Source: Candidatus Babeliales bacterium (GTDB lineage: Bacteria > Babelota > Babeliae > Babelales > Vermiphilaceae). From it: DNA of 64,000 nt. Both the position numbers and the translations under genes were made by a program. Below are positions 19,344-29,910 of this stretch, piece after piece; the first letter of the stretch is position 1, and each line of letters starts with the position of its first letter. The DNA is taken from the NCBI GenBank assembly GCA_963743635.1, contig CAVUQO010000002.1, positions 1 to 64,000 on the forward strand, given 5' to 3'. The notes under the pieces are model-generated. The model had not been told where the DNA came from. It did not search any database and saw only the letters and a program-made list of their open reading frames with translations.

Positions 19344-19925
19344 ATGGAAAAAACGAATCGCAAGGCAGCCTATCCGATTCATGAGCTTATCTTAAATCGT
19401 TGGTCGCCGCGTGCAATGTCGGGCGAGTCGATTTCGGATGCTGAATTAATGTCTTTATTTGAGGCGGCTCGGTGGGCACCCTCATCATATAATAGTCAGC
19501 CATGGCGCTTCATCTATGCAAAACGAGATACTCCAGCATGGGATCCTTTGTATAATTTAATGGTGCAATTCAACAAGGACTGGACTAAAAATGCGGCCGT
19601 CTTGATGGTGATTGTATCTCGTGATACTTTTGAATATAATGGTAAGCCATCGATCACCCATAGTTTTTGTACTGGTTCGGCATGGGAAAATCTTGCGTTG
19701 CAAGGGACTGCCAACGGGCTTGTAGTACACGGCATGGAAGGATTTGATTACAAAAAAGCAAAAGAAGTTTTACATATTCCCGACGGCTATACCGTTGAAG
19801 CGATGTGTGCAGTGGGTCGCCCGGGAAATAAAGCAGATTTGCCAGAAAAGATGCAACAAGAAGAAATGCCTTCTGATCGTAAACCGATAACAGACTTTAT
19901 ATTTGAAGGTACTTTCAAGGAATAA
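19344..19925 (+). CDS. Nitroreductase family protein
   Basis: RWSPRAM, EAARWAPSSYNSQPWRF, GLVVHGMEGFD. Confidence 0.92.
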   Translation: MEKTNRKAAYPIHELILNRWSPRAMSGESISDAELMSLFEAARWAPSSYNSQPWRFIYAKRDTPAWDPLYNLMVQFNKDWTKNAAVLMVIVSRDTFEYNGKPSITHSFCTGSAWENLALQGTANGLVVHGMEGFDYKKAKEVLHIPDGYTVEAMCAVGRPGNKADLPEKMQQEEMPSDRKPITDFIFEGTFKE

Positions 19926-20019
19926 TAACATTAAGAAACTGCGTGTCGGGCTATTAATAATCACATCAATACTCCTAGTATCAGGCGTATTGATTTTTCA
20001 ACCATCAGTAAGGGAGAAC

Positions 20020-20670
20020 ATGACAAAATATCTTTCATCATTATTGTTACTATCAGGCGTGTGGGCTGCATCAGTAGATGCTAAGGATACGCACCGTAAA
20101 CCAGAATATAAAGTAGATGAAATCTTTCTCAATCGTTGGTCAGCGCGTGCGATGTCGGGCGCATCAATTTCTGATGCTGAACTGATGTCTCTCTTTGATG
20201 CAGCGCGTTGGGCTCCATCAGAATATAATAAGCAACCATGGCATTTTATTTATGTAAAACGTGGGACTAAACATTGGGATACGATGTTTAATCTGTTGGT
20301 TCCATTCAATCAAACATGGTGTAAAAATGCGTCTGCATTAGTACTTATCGTTTCTCTCAATACGAATCAAGACGGCACTCCGCTGCGCAGTCATTCGTTT
20401 GACACCGGCGCTGCATGGGAAAATTTTGCGTTGCAAGGCTCAATGCGTGGGCTGGTAGTCCATGGTATGGCTGGCTTCGATTATGACGGTGCTAAAAAGG
20501 ATCTTAATATTCCTGATAATTACACGGTAGAAGCAATGGCTGCAGTTGGATATCCTGGCAGTGAAGATGTGTTGCCAGAAGGAATGCGTGCCGCTGAAAA
20601 AAACAGATCAGGTCGCAAGCCCATTGTAGAATTTGTATCTGAAGGTTCATTTAATTCTAACGTGAAGTGA
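20020..20670 (+). CDS. Nitroreductase paralog with an N-terminal signal peptide
   Basis: agggag RBS; MTKYLSSLLLLSGVWAASVDA|K; RWSARAM, AARWAPS. Confidence 0.88.
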   Translation: MTKYLSSLLLLSGVWAASVDAKDTHRKPEYKVDEIFLNRWSARAMSGASISDAELMSLFDAARWAPSEYNKQPWHFIYVKRGTKHWDTMFNLLVPFNQTWCKNASALVLIVSLNTNQDGTPLRSHSFDTGAAWENFALQGSMRGLVVHGMAGFDYDGAKKDLNIPDNYTVEAMAAVGYPGSEDVLPEGMRAAEKNRSGRKPIVEFVSEGSFNSNVK

Positions 20671-20677
20671 TCACGCT

Positions 20678-21094
20678 ATGTTAACCTCTTTAAGTCATTA
20701 TTTCTTGTCTGAATGGCTGTGGTCGTTAACGCTTGGTTTATATCATATGCCGATCAATATTTTTATAATGATCGGCTTATCTATTTTTATACTGCGCCAA
20801 AGAACCGTGCCAGCAGTCTTACTTTCGGTATCTGCAAATCTCTTTTCATTCTTGATATTTATCGCAATAGGATACGTTCTGCATATAGACTATGTGCCGG
20901 AACATGACGATATCTATGTCATTACGAATATGGCACTAGGGTGCGGTGCTTTGGGCATAATCTATGCAGTGCTTCAAACGCTCTATGTACAAGGCTTGCG
21001 CTGGTACTATGAACTCAGCTTTAGAGGGTCCATTATCATGATTTGGGTAAGCAACTTAGTCACTGCATTCATTATGTACCGAGTACTTCATTAA
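20678..21094 (+). CDS. Small integral membrane protein (about 4 TM)
   Basis: Hydrophobic 138-aa ORF. Confidence 0.75.
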   Translation: MLTSLSHYFLSEWLWSLTLGLYHMPINIFIMIGLSIFILRQRTVPAVLLSVSANLFSFLIFIAIGYVLHIDYVPEHDDIYVITNMALGCGALGIIYAVLQTLYVQGLRWYYELSFRGSIIMIWVSNLVTAFIMYRVLH

Positions 21095-23309
21095 TTGAAT
21101 TTTTGGCTGTGCTAGGATACGTAACCGCCTCAATAGTACTGCGCGTCGCATGCTCCTCAAAACCAAGCTGAATAATCGTATCGACAAAATCCATCGGCTT
21201 CATGCCAATTTCAGCAGCTTGATGGAAGATGCAGGTTGCGGGCGTCATACCCGGAAGCGAATTGATCTCTAATATGACTACGCGATCTTTGTCTGTTGGA
21301 CTTTGTTCTGCTGTTTGATAGAAACAATCGATACGCGCATACCCTTTGCAGCCAACAGCGGCATACACTTTTTCCATTTCATCTTGCACAAAACGTAATG
21401 TGGCAGCCGGTAGTGGAGCTGGCGTTTGATTTTCACCTGCGCCTGGCAAGAATTTTTCTTCAATCGATAAAATATCTGATGTAGATACCGCTTGGCTTGG
21501 CGGCAATGCGCGTGGCGTTTCGTTGCCAATAACGCCGACGGTCAGTTCCATACCAATGACGCATTCTTCAATAAGTGCATGCCTTTTGCCGTGCGCAAAT
21601 AATGTCTCAACCGCATTTTCCAGCTCTTCAAGGGTGCGTGCCTTTTGAACCATTACGCTGCAGCCATCATCATGTGGTTTGATGATGCACGGCAATCCAA
21701 ATTCTTCAAGCGCCGCATCAAAAATTACTTGCTTATTTGAGTGCCATGTTTCGTGATCCACGAAAATTGCGCCCGGGACTTGAAAGCCACGATGCTTTAA
21801 AAATTGCGTTGTTTTATATTTATCCATGCAGAGTGCGCTGGTGAGTACCGATGATCCGTTATACGGTAAGCCAAGCAATTCAAGCGCTCCTTGCACCGTA
21901 CCATTTTCTCCTTCGCCTCCATGTAGTCCGATAAATACGAAATCGACCATTGAAGGCAAGTCTGACCATAAAAGAGGCGTAGTGCCTTTGATGGCATCTT
22001 CAATTTCTTTGGTAGAGTTGCGCACGAGTAATGATTGATTTAACGGGTAAAGTTTCATCTCATTGCTCACAAATATTGGCACAACTTCATATTTTTGAGG
22101 CGACAATTTATAGGTAATATTGCGTCCAGATTCGAGTGATATTTCCTTTTCATTAGAGCGACCGCCCATAAAAACGGCAACGCGAGTTTTAGTTTGCTGC
22201 ATAACGCGTGATTCTTTCTCTTCTTGCAGGGTAATTGCATCAAGCATACCGTAAGCCTGCAACTCTGTTTCAATTAAATGATTGATTAATGTGGTATGGC
22301 TCATATTGATTTCAGCGGCTTGTCGGAATAAAAAGCTTGAAGGAGCCATGCCCGAAAGTGTGTTCGGATCAATGATGATAACTTTGTTATCCTTGGTTAC
22401 AAAGCCGTCGATACGTGAAATAGTCTTGATTTCAAGAGCAAGCGTGGTATCAATACATGCTTTATGAATTGCCTGTATAACTTCATCAGAACATCGTGGT
22501 GGTGTAAATTTGGTTGCGCGGCCGGGCATATATTTTTGTTCATAGTCAAAGAGATGTGTGTTCTCTTCAGGTACGATTTCAGTTGGCGGGAGTGGCAATA
22601 ATTTATTTTTCTTATAATCAGCGATGGTAATGCATGAAAATTCCATGCCCTCAATCTTTTCTTCAATTAAAATTGCCTGATCTTTTTCTTCATGAATTGT
22701 GGCTGCATGTATCATTGCATCATGTAGTTCGTCTTCTTTAAAAACGATACGAATGCCCAGACTCGAGCCTTCTTTGAATGGCTTGATGATATAGGGAAAA
22801 GCAACTCCCAAAGCTTGCATACGCTGCACGATGGTTGCAGTATCGACGGTTTTAAGTTCATGGGGGTAGAGATGTATGCCGCGCGGCGTGTTAATGCGAT
22901 GCATATTGAGAATCTCTTTTTGCATGATTTTATCCATGGAGAGCGCGCTTGCAAAAACTTTTGAACCAAGATAGGGGATGTTTAAAATTTCGAGCATACC
23001 TTGGAGTGTGCCATCTTCCGCGTAACGTCCGTGGGTTGCGATATAGATGAAATCGATACAAGTTGGTAATGCATCCCAGGTTAATCGCGTGGCTTCTGAT
23101 TCAAGGCGATGTTGAAAATCACTGATTTTACCGCGATGCAAAAAATGCCATGGTAATATAAAAAGTGCGCCATCGTTGCGCTGGAAAATAGGAGTGATGT
23201 CATAGCGCGATGTATCAAGATGATCACATATGGTCCGGCCAGAATTAAATGATACTTCTTTTTCAATTGATTTGCCGCCCATTAAGACGCCAACACGTAA
23301 TTTATTCAT
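21072..23309 (-). CDS. ddl: D-alanine--D-alanine ligase, two full ATP-grasp Ddl units fused
   Basis: GGKSIEKEVSFNSG...HGRYAEDGTLQG...NTLSGM and GGRSNEKEISLESG...HGGEGENGTVQG...EINSLPGMT. Confidence 0.9.
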   Translation of the reverse strand: MNKLRVGVLMGGKSIEKEVSFNSGRTICDHLDTSRYDITPIFQRNDGALFILPWHFLHRGKISDFQHRLESEATRLTWDALPTCIDFIYIATHGRYAEDGTLQGMLEILNIPYLGSKVFASALSMDKIMQKEILNMHRINTPRGIHLYPHELKTVDTATIVQRMQALGVAFPYIIKPFKEGSSLGIRIVFKEDELHDAMIHAATIHEEKDQAILIEEKIEGMEFSCITIADYKKNKLLPLPPTEIVPEENTHLFDYEQKYMPGRATKFTPPRCSDEVIQAIHKACIDTTLALEIKTISRIDGFVTKDNKVIIIDPNTLSGMAPSSFLFRQAAEINMSHTTLINHLIETELQAYGMLDAITLQEEKESRVMQQTKTRVAVFMGGRSNEKEISLESGRNITYKLSPQKYEVVPIFVSNEMKLYPLNQSLLVRNSTKEIEDAIKGTTPLLWSDLPSMVDFVFIGLHGGEGENGTVQGALELLGLPYNGSSVLTSALCMDKYKTTQFLKHRGFQVPGAIFVDHETWHSNKQVIFDAALEEFGLPCIIKPHDDGCSVMVQKARTLEELENAVETLFAHGKRHALIEECVIGMELTVGVIGNETPRALPPSQAVSTSDILSIEEKFLPGAGENQTPAPLPAATLRFVQDEMEKVYAAVGCKGYARIDCFYQTAEQSPTDKDRVVILEINSLPGMTPATCIFHQAAEIGMKPMDFVDTIIQLGFEEHATRSTIEAVTYPSTAKNSINEVLGT

Positions 23310-23500
23310 GAAAAAATCCTGAAGTTTCTGGTGAATTTTTATAATTTAGAGTAATGAATTGCGCCTATTTGTAAAGGAATCATTTTATAGTAGACTTACA
23401 TACTCGCAATGCATTATTTCATTGTATTACAAAGGCTTTACGTACATAATATTCATACATACATTTTTTTTAATTATGATAAAAACTAAAAGGAAAAACT

Positions 23501-24055
23501 ATGGCCCGCAAGAGCACTTTTATATGGATTGATCTTGAAATGACGGGGCTTTTTCCCGAAACCGACCATATTCTTGAGATTGCCTCAATTATTACGGACA
23601 GCGATTTAAATGTTCTTGAGTATGGCCCTGTACTTGTGATTCATCAGCCGGAAGAAATTCTTGATACCATGATTGAGCGTGTGCGCCAATTGCATGAACC
23701 GTCTGGTTTAATTAATGAAGTGCGTGCATCAACAGTTACACTTGAAGAAGCAGAGAGAGAAACACTTGAGGCGATTCAACGCAATTGTGAGCGGCATACG
23801 GGTATTCTTGCCGGTAATTCCGTGTGGCAAGATGCAGCGTTTATGCGCAAATACATGCCGCGCCTTATGAAATATCTTCACTATCGCATTGTGGACGTTT
23901 CGAGCATTAAAGAGGTGGTGAGTTCTTGGTATCCAAAAGATCCGCAGGTATTCTTTGAGAAAAAAACCGCGCATCGCGCGCTGCAGGATATTGAAGAATC
24001 AATCGGCGAGCTTAAGCACTATCGAGAATATTTCTTTAAGCATGAGAGTGAGTGA
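23501..24055 (+). CDS. orn: Oligoribonuclease
   Basis: WIDLEMTGL, GNSVWQD, HYRIVDVSSIKE, HRALQDIEESI. Confidence 0.96.
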   Translation: MARKSTFIWIDLEMTGLFPETDHILEIASIITDSDLNVLEYGPVLVIHQPEEILDTMIERVRQLHEPSGLINEVRASTVTLEEAERETLEAIQRNCERHTGILAGNSVWQDAAFMRKYMPRLMKYLHYRIVDVSSIKEVVSSWYPKDPQVFFEKKTAHRALQDIEESIGELKHYREYFFKHESE

Positions 24056-24061
24056 GTACCC

Positions 24062-25150
24062 TCACAGATCAAGATGCAGGCATTGTTCTTCGGGGCCGAT
24101 TTCAGGAATAAGATCCTTTAAGGGTTTGCCAGTAACAAGGACGTGCCGTTCGCGCACTCGATTATAAAGATTATGCATTGATGGTTTGAAATCTTTGGCC
24201 TTCAAATATGGAAGCCAAAAAGCCGCATCAGCTGCCAATGTTCCATACGATGACGTTATTTTGACGTATGAATTGTCAGCGCCGAAATAGCGAGGGGCAT
24301 TGGGCAATAATTGCCATAATTCTCTCCAATATTTGAGCTGTATTTTTTCAGTGACAATAAGATTGGAATCTTTTTGCTCTACCGTGTAGGTGTATGAATC
24401 TTGAGCAGTATTGTTTTTTCTGTGTTTGATGGTCTGTGTCAACGCTATCAACTGCATTTCTGGATCTTCATCAGTATCAGGATTCCAGAAACGAATAGAT
24501 GTCGCCGGCAATACTGCATTGTTCCCATTTAACGCAATTGCCTGACTGATTGTTCGTATGAGTGTTTCTTTTTCAGTATAATTTCTGCCGAAATTCCCCA
24601 ATGCCTGAGAGCATCGCGTTGCTATGCGTGGCGTAAGTTGATCAACTATCTGCCCAGTAACGTATCCAGAAGCAATGTGCGCACCCAGTGACAGCGCTAC
24701 TTGCGCAACCGCATGCAGCGTTGATTGAGAAGATGAAGGCGAGATAGAAGGGGGTGTTTCTGGAATCAAATCATTGAGCATTTTTTTGAGTGTGTATCGT
24801 GCTGTCAGATTCGCTAAGGCCTGAGCGCCAACATAGGCGGGAAGTGTATCTGAAATCAATCCGGAATGGGTAAAGCTTCTTTCAGTTAAAGATTCTGCGG
24901 CGCCCAGCGTTAAAGCAGTTGTGCAAGGCGCATTCACTGGATCAATTAATCCGTATGATTCGAAAGTGAGGTGCAAGGCAATATTAGATGCTTGGGTGAC
25001 TAAAGCTCTTTGAGCAATGGCATACATTGGACTTTCTCTCTGCGCACGATCATCATCGTCAACCAGGTTGCTATCAGCATCCATGCCTTGTGCGGGCACC
25101 ATGAGACAAAGTGTACAAGCGAATATATAACGGAGAGTGTATGATTTCAT
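24062..25150 (-). CDS. Secreted hypothetical protein
   Basis: Signal peptide AQG|MD. Confidence 0.8.
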   Translation of the reverse strand: MKSYTLRYIFACTLCLMVPAQGMDADSNLVDDDDRAQRESPMYAIAQRALVTQASNIALHLTFESYGLIDPVNAPCTTALTLGAAESLTERSFTHSGLISDTLPAYVGAQALANLTARYTLKKMLNDLIPETPPSISPSSSQSTLHAVAQVALSLGAHIASGYVTGQIVDQLTPRIATRCSQALGNFGRNYTEKETLIRTISQAIALNGNNAVLPATSIRFWNPDTDEDPEMQLIALTQTIKHRKNNTAQDSYTYTVEQKDSNLIVTEKIQLKYWRELWQLLPNAPRYFGADNSYVKITSSYGTLAADAAFWLPYLKAKDFKPSMHNLYNRVRERHVLVTGKPLKDLIPEIGPEEQCLHLDL

Positions 25151-25285
25151 TCGGTAACCTTTATATTGTAATGCGGTGAAGGCATGAATAGGTTATCGAA
25201 TTTAGAATAAAAATATAAGCGTTGTTAAAAAAAATGGGGCCCTCGATGTGAGAGCCCCTTGTAATTTTACGCACTAATTTACGTG

Positions 25286-25660
25286 CTAATTAATGTTTAT
25301 ATCCACAAGCGGAGTGGTATTTGCCTCACCCAATCCAGTTCGAGGATTTTCTAACAATTGTGCTTCGGTAACATTTCCCAAGCCTAGGCGGTTCCGAGTA
25401 ACATTCAGCTGATTAAGTTGACGCTCCCAGCGTGCGCGATCGGCTGCTGAGCCTCCCGACATGAAATTCTGAGGGTCGCCAAAGCTCATGAGAAATTGTC
25501 TGCCGGCTATGCGTTCTTGTTGGATTGCTATGTATATTTGTGGGCGTATTACTCTCAGCATGGCGAGCAAGCCTTCAAGGCATCCCTCTGAACATGCTTT
25601 AATCTGCGCTGCCGATGATAGGCAAATCGCGGCGATTATTGATAAAAGTTGTTTTCTCAT
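25286..25660 (-). CDS. Secreted hypothetical protein
   Basis: MRKQLLSIIAA signal shared with the next gene. Confidence 0.7.
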   Translation of the reverse strand: MRKQLLSIIAAICLSSAAQIKACSEGCLEGLLAMLRVIRPQIYIAIQQERIAGRQFLMSFGDPQNFMSGGSAADRARWERQLNQLNVTRNRLGLGNVTEAQLLENPRTGLGEANTTPLVDININ

Positions 25661-25723
25661 AATGGTCTCCATGTTTTATAGATTAATATATTATTATTAC
25701 TCTAAATTTGGGGTTAAAAAGGA

Positions 25724-26449
25724 CTATCTGATGGCGTTGTCGGTTATCTCAAGAGAGAGTTGCAATAGAGATTTTATAGTCACTCTTTCAATCAATGGCT
25801 GCAATTGCTCGCGCTTGATGCGTTCCGCGTATTGCGTGACGGATTCATCATTGCGTCGATCGAGGAAATCTTCTTCGCGAAAAAGAGCAGGTTGCGGATC
25901 ATTTTTGCTACCATAAAATATTCTGAATTTCAGGTTAAGGTCTCTATCCTGACAAGGTTTGATGCACAACGGCCTGTTATCTGAAGTTGTAACATCGTGT
26001 GACAATATGTTCATTATTGTCCAGTCGTTTTGAGTCATCCTACTGAACAAGGTATGTATATATTGTCTCACACGCGAGTTGTAGGCGATATTTGATTCCG
26101 CATTTTGTTTTTGCGGAAGATCTTCAGTTCTGATAAGAGGTACGGGTTCGTTTCCATAATATACCCCGATTTGAGGAGTTTGATTGTTATCCGAGCCCAG
26201 TAATATACCCATGCTAACGCAATGAAATCCTAGGTGTGTTTCGAAGTATGCATATGGAGGATTATGAGCAAAGAGATCGTCCTCTATGTCTATTTGCTCG
26301 GGTAAAGGAAATAAATCTCGACGCTCATCAAGAGATTCTTCTGCGATTTGCGCATCATTGCTTGAATTCATATTGCCCATCGCCTTAATCTGCGATACTC
26401 CGCCCAGCATTAGGCCTGCGGCGATTATTGATAAAAGTTGTTTTCTCAT
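25724..26449 (-). CDS. Secreted hypothetical protein
   Basis: MRKQLLSIIAAGLMLGGVSQIKA|MG. Confidence 0.78.
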   Translation of the reverse strand: MRKQLLSIIAAGLMLGGVSQIKAMGNMNSSNDAQIAEESLDERRDLFPLPEQIDIEDDLFAHNPPYAYFETHLGFHCVSMGILLGSDNNQTPQIGVYYGNEPVPLIRTEDLPQKQNAESNIAYNSRVRQYIHTLFSRMTQNDWTIMNILSHDVTTSDNRPLCIKPCQDRDLNLKFRIFYGSKNDPQPALFREEDFLDRRNDESVTQYAERIKREQLQPLIERVTIKSLLQLSLEITDNAIR

Positions 26450-26538
26450 TATGGTCTACTTCTGGTTATATTTTAACGATATACTTTTATTTATCATTAC
26501 TAATTGTAACATAATTAAAGGAGTTTGTAAAAAGGGGG

Positions 26539-26575
26539 CCCTTCGATACAGTCGTACCGACTTACTCAGGATGAA
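26539..26575. repeat. REP-like element (CCCTTCGA...CTCAGGATGA family)
   Basis: cccttcgatacagtcgtaccgacttactcaggatgaa. Confidence 0.55.
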
Positions 26576-26600
26576 ATGAGAAAATACAGGTTTGAACGCC

Positions 26601-28574
26601 CTAATTGGTTGGATTTGGCGTAAAATAGAGGGAGCTGCGGTAGGTGCCTTGATCTATGCGGCAAAACAGCCGTGCAAGATCGTTATGATTGTCTGCCTTG
26701 AGGTATATTTTCCGCGAATGCGTGTTTTTGATCTTATGAACGGGCGGTTTTGCGGGGCCCAGGATAATGATATCTTTGGCTATCGCTGGCTGGTGCTGGC
26801 GCAGTTCGCGCATTAAGCGATCCGCTTCATATTCAAGGAGCGTGACATTAGCATGTTTGAGTTCGAGTTCAACAAGCCGTTTGCAGGGCGGATAGCCAAC
26901 CATTTGGCGTGTTTCAATTTCTGCATCGTAAAACTGCAGATAATCAACTTCATTGAGATATTCAAAGATGCGATGATCGCTCATTGATTGGACGATCACG
27001 GTACTATTGTCGCGCTGGCGCCCGGCGCGACCTGCAACTTGAATAAGTTGCTGCAGTGTGGTTTCAGAGGCGTTAAACATTGGAAAATGTAAATTTAAAT
27101 CGGCCCATAGAATGCCGACTAGAGTAACGTTCGGGAAATGATATCCCTTGGTAATCGTTTGGGTTCCCACCAAAATGTCGAGATTGCCATTCTTAAAATC
27201 ATCCATCGTTTGTTGCCACACATTTTTCTTGGTGGTGGTATCCATGTCAGCGCGTGCAATTCGTGCGGTTGGCAGCATTTTTTGCAAAATGGTGACTACT
27301 TGCTGCGTGCCAATTCCCTTCTTTAAAAACTCTGTTTCAGCAACGTTACATTTTGGGCATGCATTGGGCAGCGTGGTGCGATAATCGCAATAATGGCAGG
27401 CGAGCTCGTTATTTTCATGGAGCGTTAAACTCACGGAGCAGCGCTTACATTCAAAAATAAAACTGCAAGCTTTGCACTGCACAAAAAAGCTATAGCCGCG
27501 GCGATTTAAGAAAATAATTGCCTGCTCTTTTCGTTTCAAGCATGCCTTCATCTGATTTTCAAGTTCCTGGCTGACCCAGAAATTGCGGCGCAGTTTCTTA
27601 TCATTGAGAAAGACTGTTTTGATAACGGGAAATGAACCAGCGAATCGTTTTTTAAGTTGAAAAAATAACCAGCCTTTTGTTTTGGCATTATGCAAAGAAC
27701 TGATCGATGGCGTTGCGGAACCGAGTATAATCGGAATTCCTGCCAGCTTTGCGCGCCAGATTGCGGCTTCTTTGGTATTTACTTTTGGATGTTTTTTTTC
27801 CTGATAGCCAGGATCATGCTCTTCATCAACGATAATCACGCCAAGTTTGGCAATGGGCAGCAAGATCGGCAAATGCACGCCAATAATGAGAATTGGCTCT
27901 TCGCGCAATAATGCTTTCCAAAGATCGGTTTTTTCCTTGCCGGTCGATCCTGAGTGGAAGCTGAAAATATGAATGTCGGTACTCAATTGTTGCCGCATGA
28001 GGGATGCAAATTGCAGCGCGAGCGTTACTTCCGGCAGCAAGAGGAGCGCCGTTTTTTGTTGCGCAATACATTCTTGAATCAATCGTTTATAAATTTCTGT
28101 TTTTCCTGATCCGGTAACGCCATGAATAAGCGTCGGTGTGAATTGCGGATTGATGATATGCGGAATAATGCCGGCGCAGATGGTTTGCTGCTCATCGGTG
28201 AGCGTCACCTCTTTGGCGGCATGCTTTGCTTCTTCATCCATGCGCCGATGTTTTACTTCTTTCTCAACTATAAATTGCCGCACGCGCTTGATGTAGTGAA
28301 TCGGGTCGAGCTGATAGTAGCGGCCGAGTTGCGCGATAAAGGGACGATAGTGCGGATCTTGCGGGAACGGTTCATGCGAATGCGCATCTTTAATGCTAAA
28401 AGTACTGCCGCTCGGCGGTGCGTCGAGTTGCTCGATGACCACAGCGGGAGTAATCCGATTTTGAATGGGTACGCGGACGATGCTGCCAATTTGCAGTTCG
28501 TGCGCCCATTCCTCCGGCACTTTATAAAGGAGCGGTTGGTTAAAACCTTTGAGTAATTTTACTTGGATAAACAT
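26601..28574 (-). CDS. priA: Primosomal protein N'
   Basis: GVTGSGKT, DEEH, GSATPS, FLNRRGY, four CxxC motifs, QVAGRAGR. Confidence 0.96.
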   Translation of the reverse strand: MFIQVKLLKGFNQPLLYKVPEEWAHELQIGSIVRVPIQNRITPAVVIEQLDAPPSGSTFSIKDAHSHEPFPQDPHYRPFIAQLGRYYQLDPIHYIKRVRQFIVEKEVKHRRMDEEAKHAAKEVTLTDEQQTICAGIIPHIINPQFTPTLIHGVTGSGKTEIYKRLIQECIAQQKTALLLLPEVTLALQFASLMRQQLSTDIHIFSFHSGSTGKEKTDLWKALLREEPILIIGVHLPILLPIAKLGVIIVDEEHDPGYQEKKHPKVNTKEAAIWRAKLAGIPIILGSATPSISSLHNAKTKGWLFFQLKKRFAGSFPVIKTVFLNDKKLRRNFWVSQELENQMKACLKRKEQAIIFLNRRGYSFFVQCKACSFIFECKRCSVSLTLHENNELACHYCDYRTTLPNACPKCNVAETEFLKKGIGTQQVVTILQKMLPTARIARADMDTTTKKNVWQQTMDDFKNGNLDILVGTQTITKGYHFPNVTLVGILWADLNLHFPMFNASETTLQQLIQVAGRAGRQRDNSTVIVQSMSDHRIFEYLNEVDYLQFYDAEIETRQMVGYPPCKRLVELELKHANVTLLEYEADRLMRELRQHQPAIAKDIIILGPAKPPVHKIKNTHSRKIYLKADNHNDLARLFCRIDQGTYRSSLYFTPNPTN

Positions 28575-28712
28575 ATGAATAGTATAGCGGAAATTTGGTT
28601 GAAACGATATGGATCCGTTCTTCAGACCCTCGCCATCTCTTGTAATCTTTTCTCTCCTTTTTATACAGTGCTGGTGTCCAGATAAATGTTTTCCAAAATA
28701 TTCAGAGGAAGT

Positions 28713-29609
28713 ATGAAAATAATGAAAAATGTGACGTTCTTTTTGTTAGTGGTTTCATATTCTGCATTGCATGCCATGCAAGATGATGCGCAGGAAAAGA
28801 ATAAGCAGGTTGCGCTGGTTTTCGATATTGATGATGTTCTGGTGGGTAAAGGGAAAGTGGGATATGCGGATTATGCATTACTGGTCGGCAGTGTTGCGTA
28901 TCATAATCCGAGCATTCTAAGGGCAGTCGGGCATGTGCCAGTAATAACCGAATATGCCGAGAATCTGGAAAAAACAATAAATGGTGCATCCAATATTGTG
29001 CGTGAAATGCTTTCTTATTTTAAAAAGGAAAGATACGGAGATCTTTCAAAATATGAGTCTAGGATTCTTGAGCTTTCACAAAAACCATATCCTGTCAAAG
29101 CGATGTTTGAGCATATTATACGCTTTAAAAAGGAAGGCCATCCGATTATAGCAGCGACTAATGAAGATTGGCAGCAACTTATAATCTGCATGGCAAAGTT
29201 GAAAGAGCATGGTGTAGACCTTAATATGCACGTTGATGGCATTATAACAACGCGTGTGCATCATATACCGGCCCCAGAGGGCTCTGAACCATTTTATAAA
29301 TTGTATCCACAAAATCCCGATGATAAGACGTATGTAGTCAGAAGTCTTCAAGACTATAAGCCGCGTGAAACATATTTCAAGGTGCTTGGAGCTCTTATTA
29401 AACATCTTGCGCCGATGAGCAACCAAGTTATTCATACCGATGATAAAAATGAGAACGTCCAGGCTGCAAAAAAAGCCGGGCTCGACGGGGTTTGGTTTCA
29501 GTTACCTGCCCCTACGGTGCGTGAAACGCCATCAGAAGATCTGCATCAGACGATTACTCAGTGGGTATCGGATGTTGAAGAAAAGCGTAAAGAGCCGGTT
29601 AAGAAGTAG
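28713..29609 (+). CDS. Secreted HAD-superfamily hydrolase
   Basis: Signal LHA|MQ; FDIDDV motif I; ATN; K; DD..ENVQAAKKAGL motif IV. Confidence 0.8.
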   Translation: MKIMKNVTFFLLVVSYSALHAMQDDAQEKNKQVALVFDIDDVLVGKGKVGYADYALLVGSVAYHNPSILRAVGHVPVITEYAENLEKTINGASNIVREMLSYFKKERYGDLSKYESRILELSQKPYPVKAMFEHIIRFKKEGHPIIAATNEDWQQLIICMAKLKEHGVDLNMHVDGIITTRVHHIPAPEGSEPFYKLYPQNPDDKTYVVRSLQDYKPRETYFKVLGALIKHLAPMSNQVIHTDDKNENVQAAKKAGLDGVWFQLPAPTVRETPSEDLHQTITQWVSDVEEKRKEPVKK

Positions 29610-29611
29610 AT

Positions 29612-29658
29612 CATTTTTCTTTTTTCGGGGGATCCCTTATAATGGATGTAATACTTTA
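29612..29658 (+). repeat. Direct repeat copy 1 (promoter-like, contains TATAAT); copy 2 at 30175-30220
   Basis: catttttct(t)ttttcgggggat(c/g)ccttataatggatgtaatacttta. Confidence 0.9.
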
Positions 29659-29682
29659 AATAATGACCATATATATACCCCT

Positions 29683-29868
29683 TACCCTTCGACACATTCT
29701 TCGCACGTTTCACGTGCTCAGAACACTCAGGGCGAACGGGGATGACAGGCTATCCATTTTATCTTTACATGGAAGTCCTGTGGCATTTGCCAACAACATC
29801 GAAAAAGATATTATCGCCCGTTCGCCCTGAGTGTTTCGACCGTCTAGGGAGAAAAGTGTCGAAGGGTA
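29683..29868. mobile_element. MITE/REPIN-like inverted pair
   Basis: tacccttcgacac...cactcagggcgaacggg, ~70-bp spacer, cccgttcgccctgagtg...gtgtcgaagggta; homologous to 58938-59068. Confidence 0.75.
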
Positions 29869-29910
29869 GGGAGTAAGAAAATATACGCATACCCATAAAA
29901 GGAAGATCTC

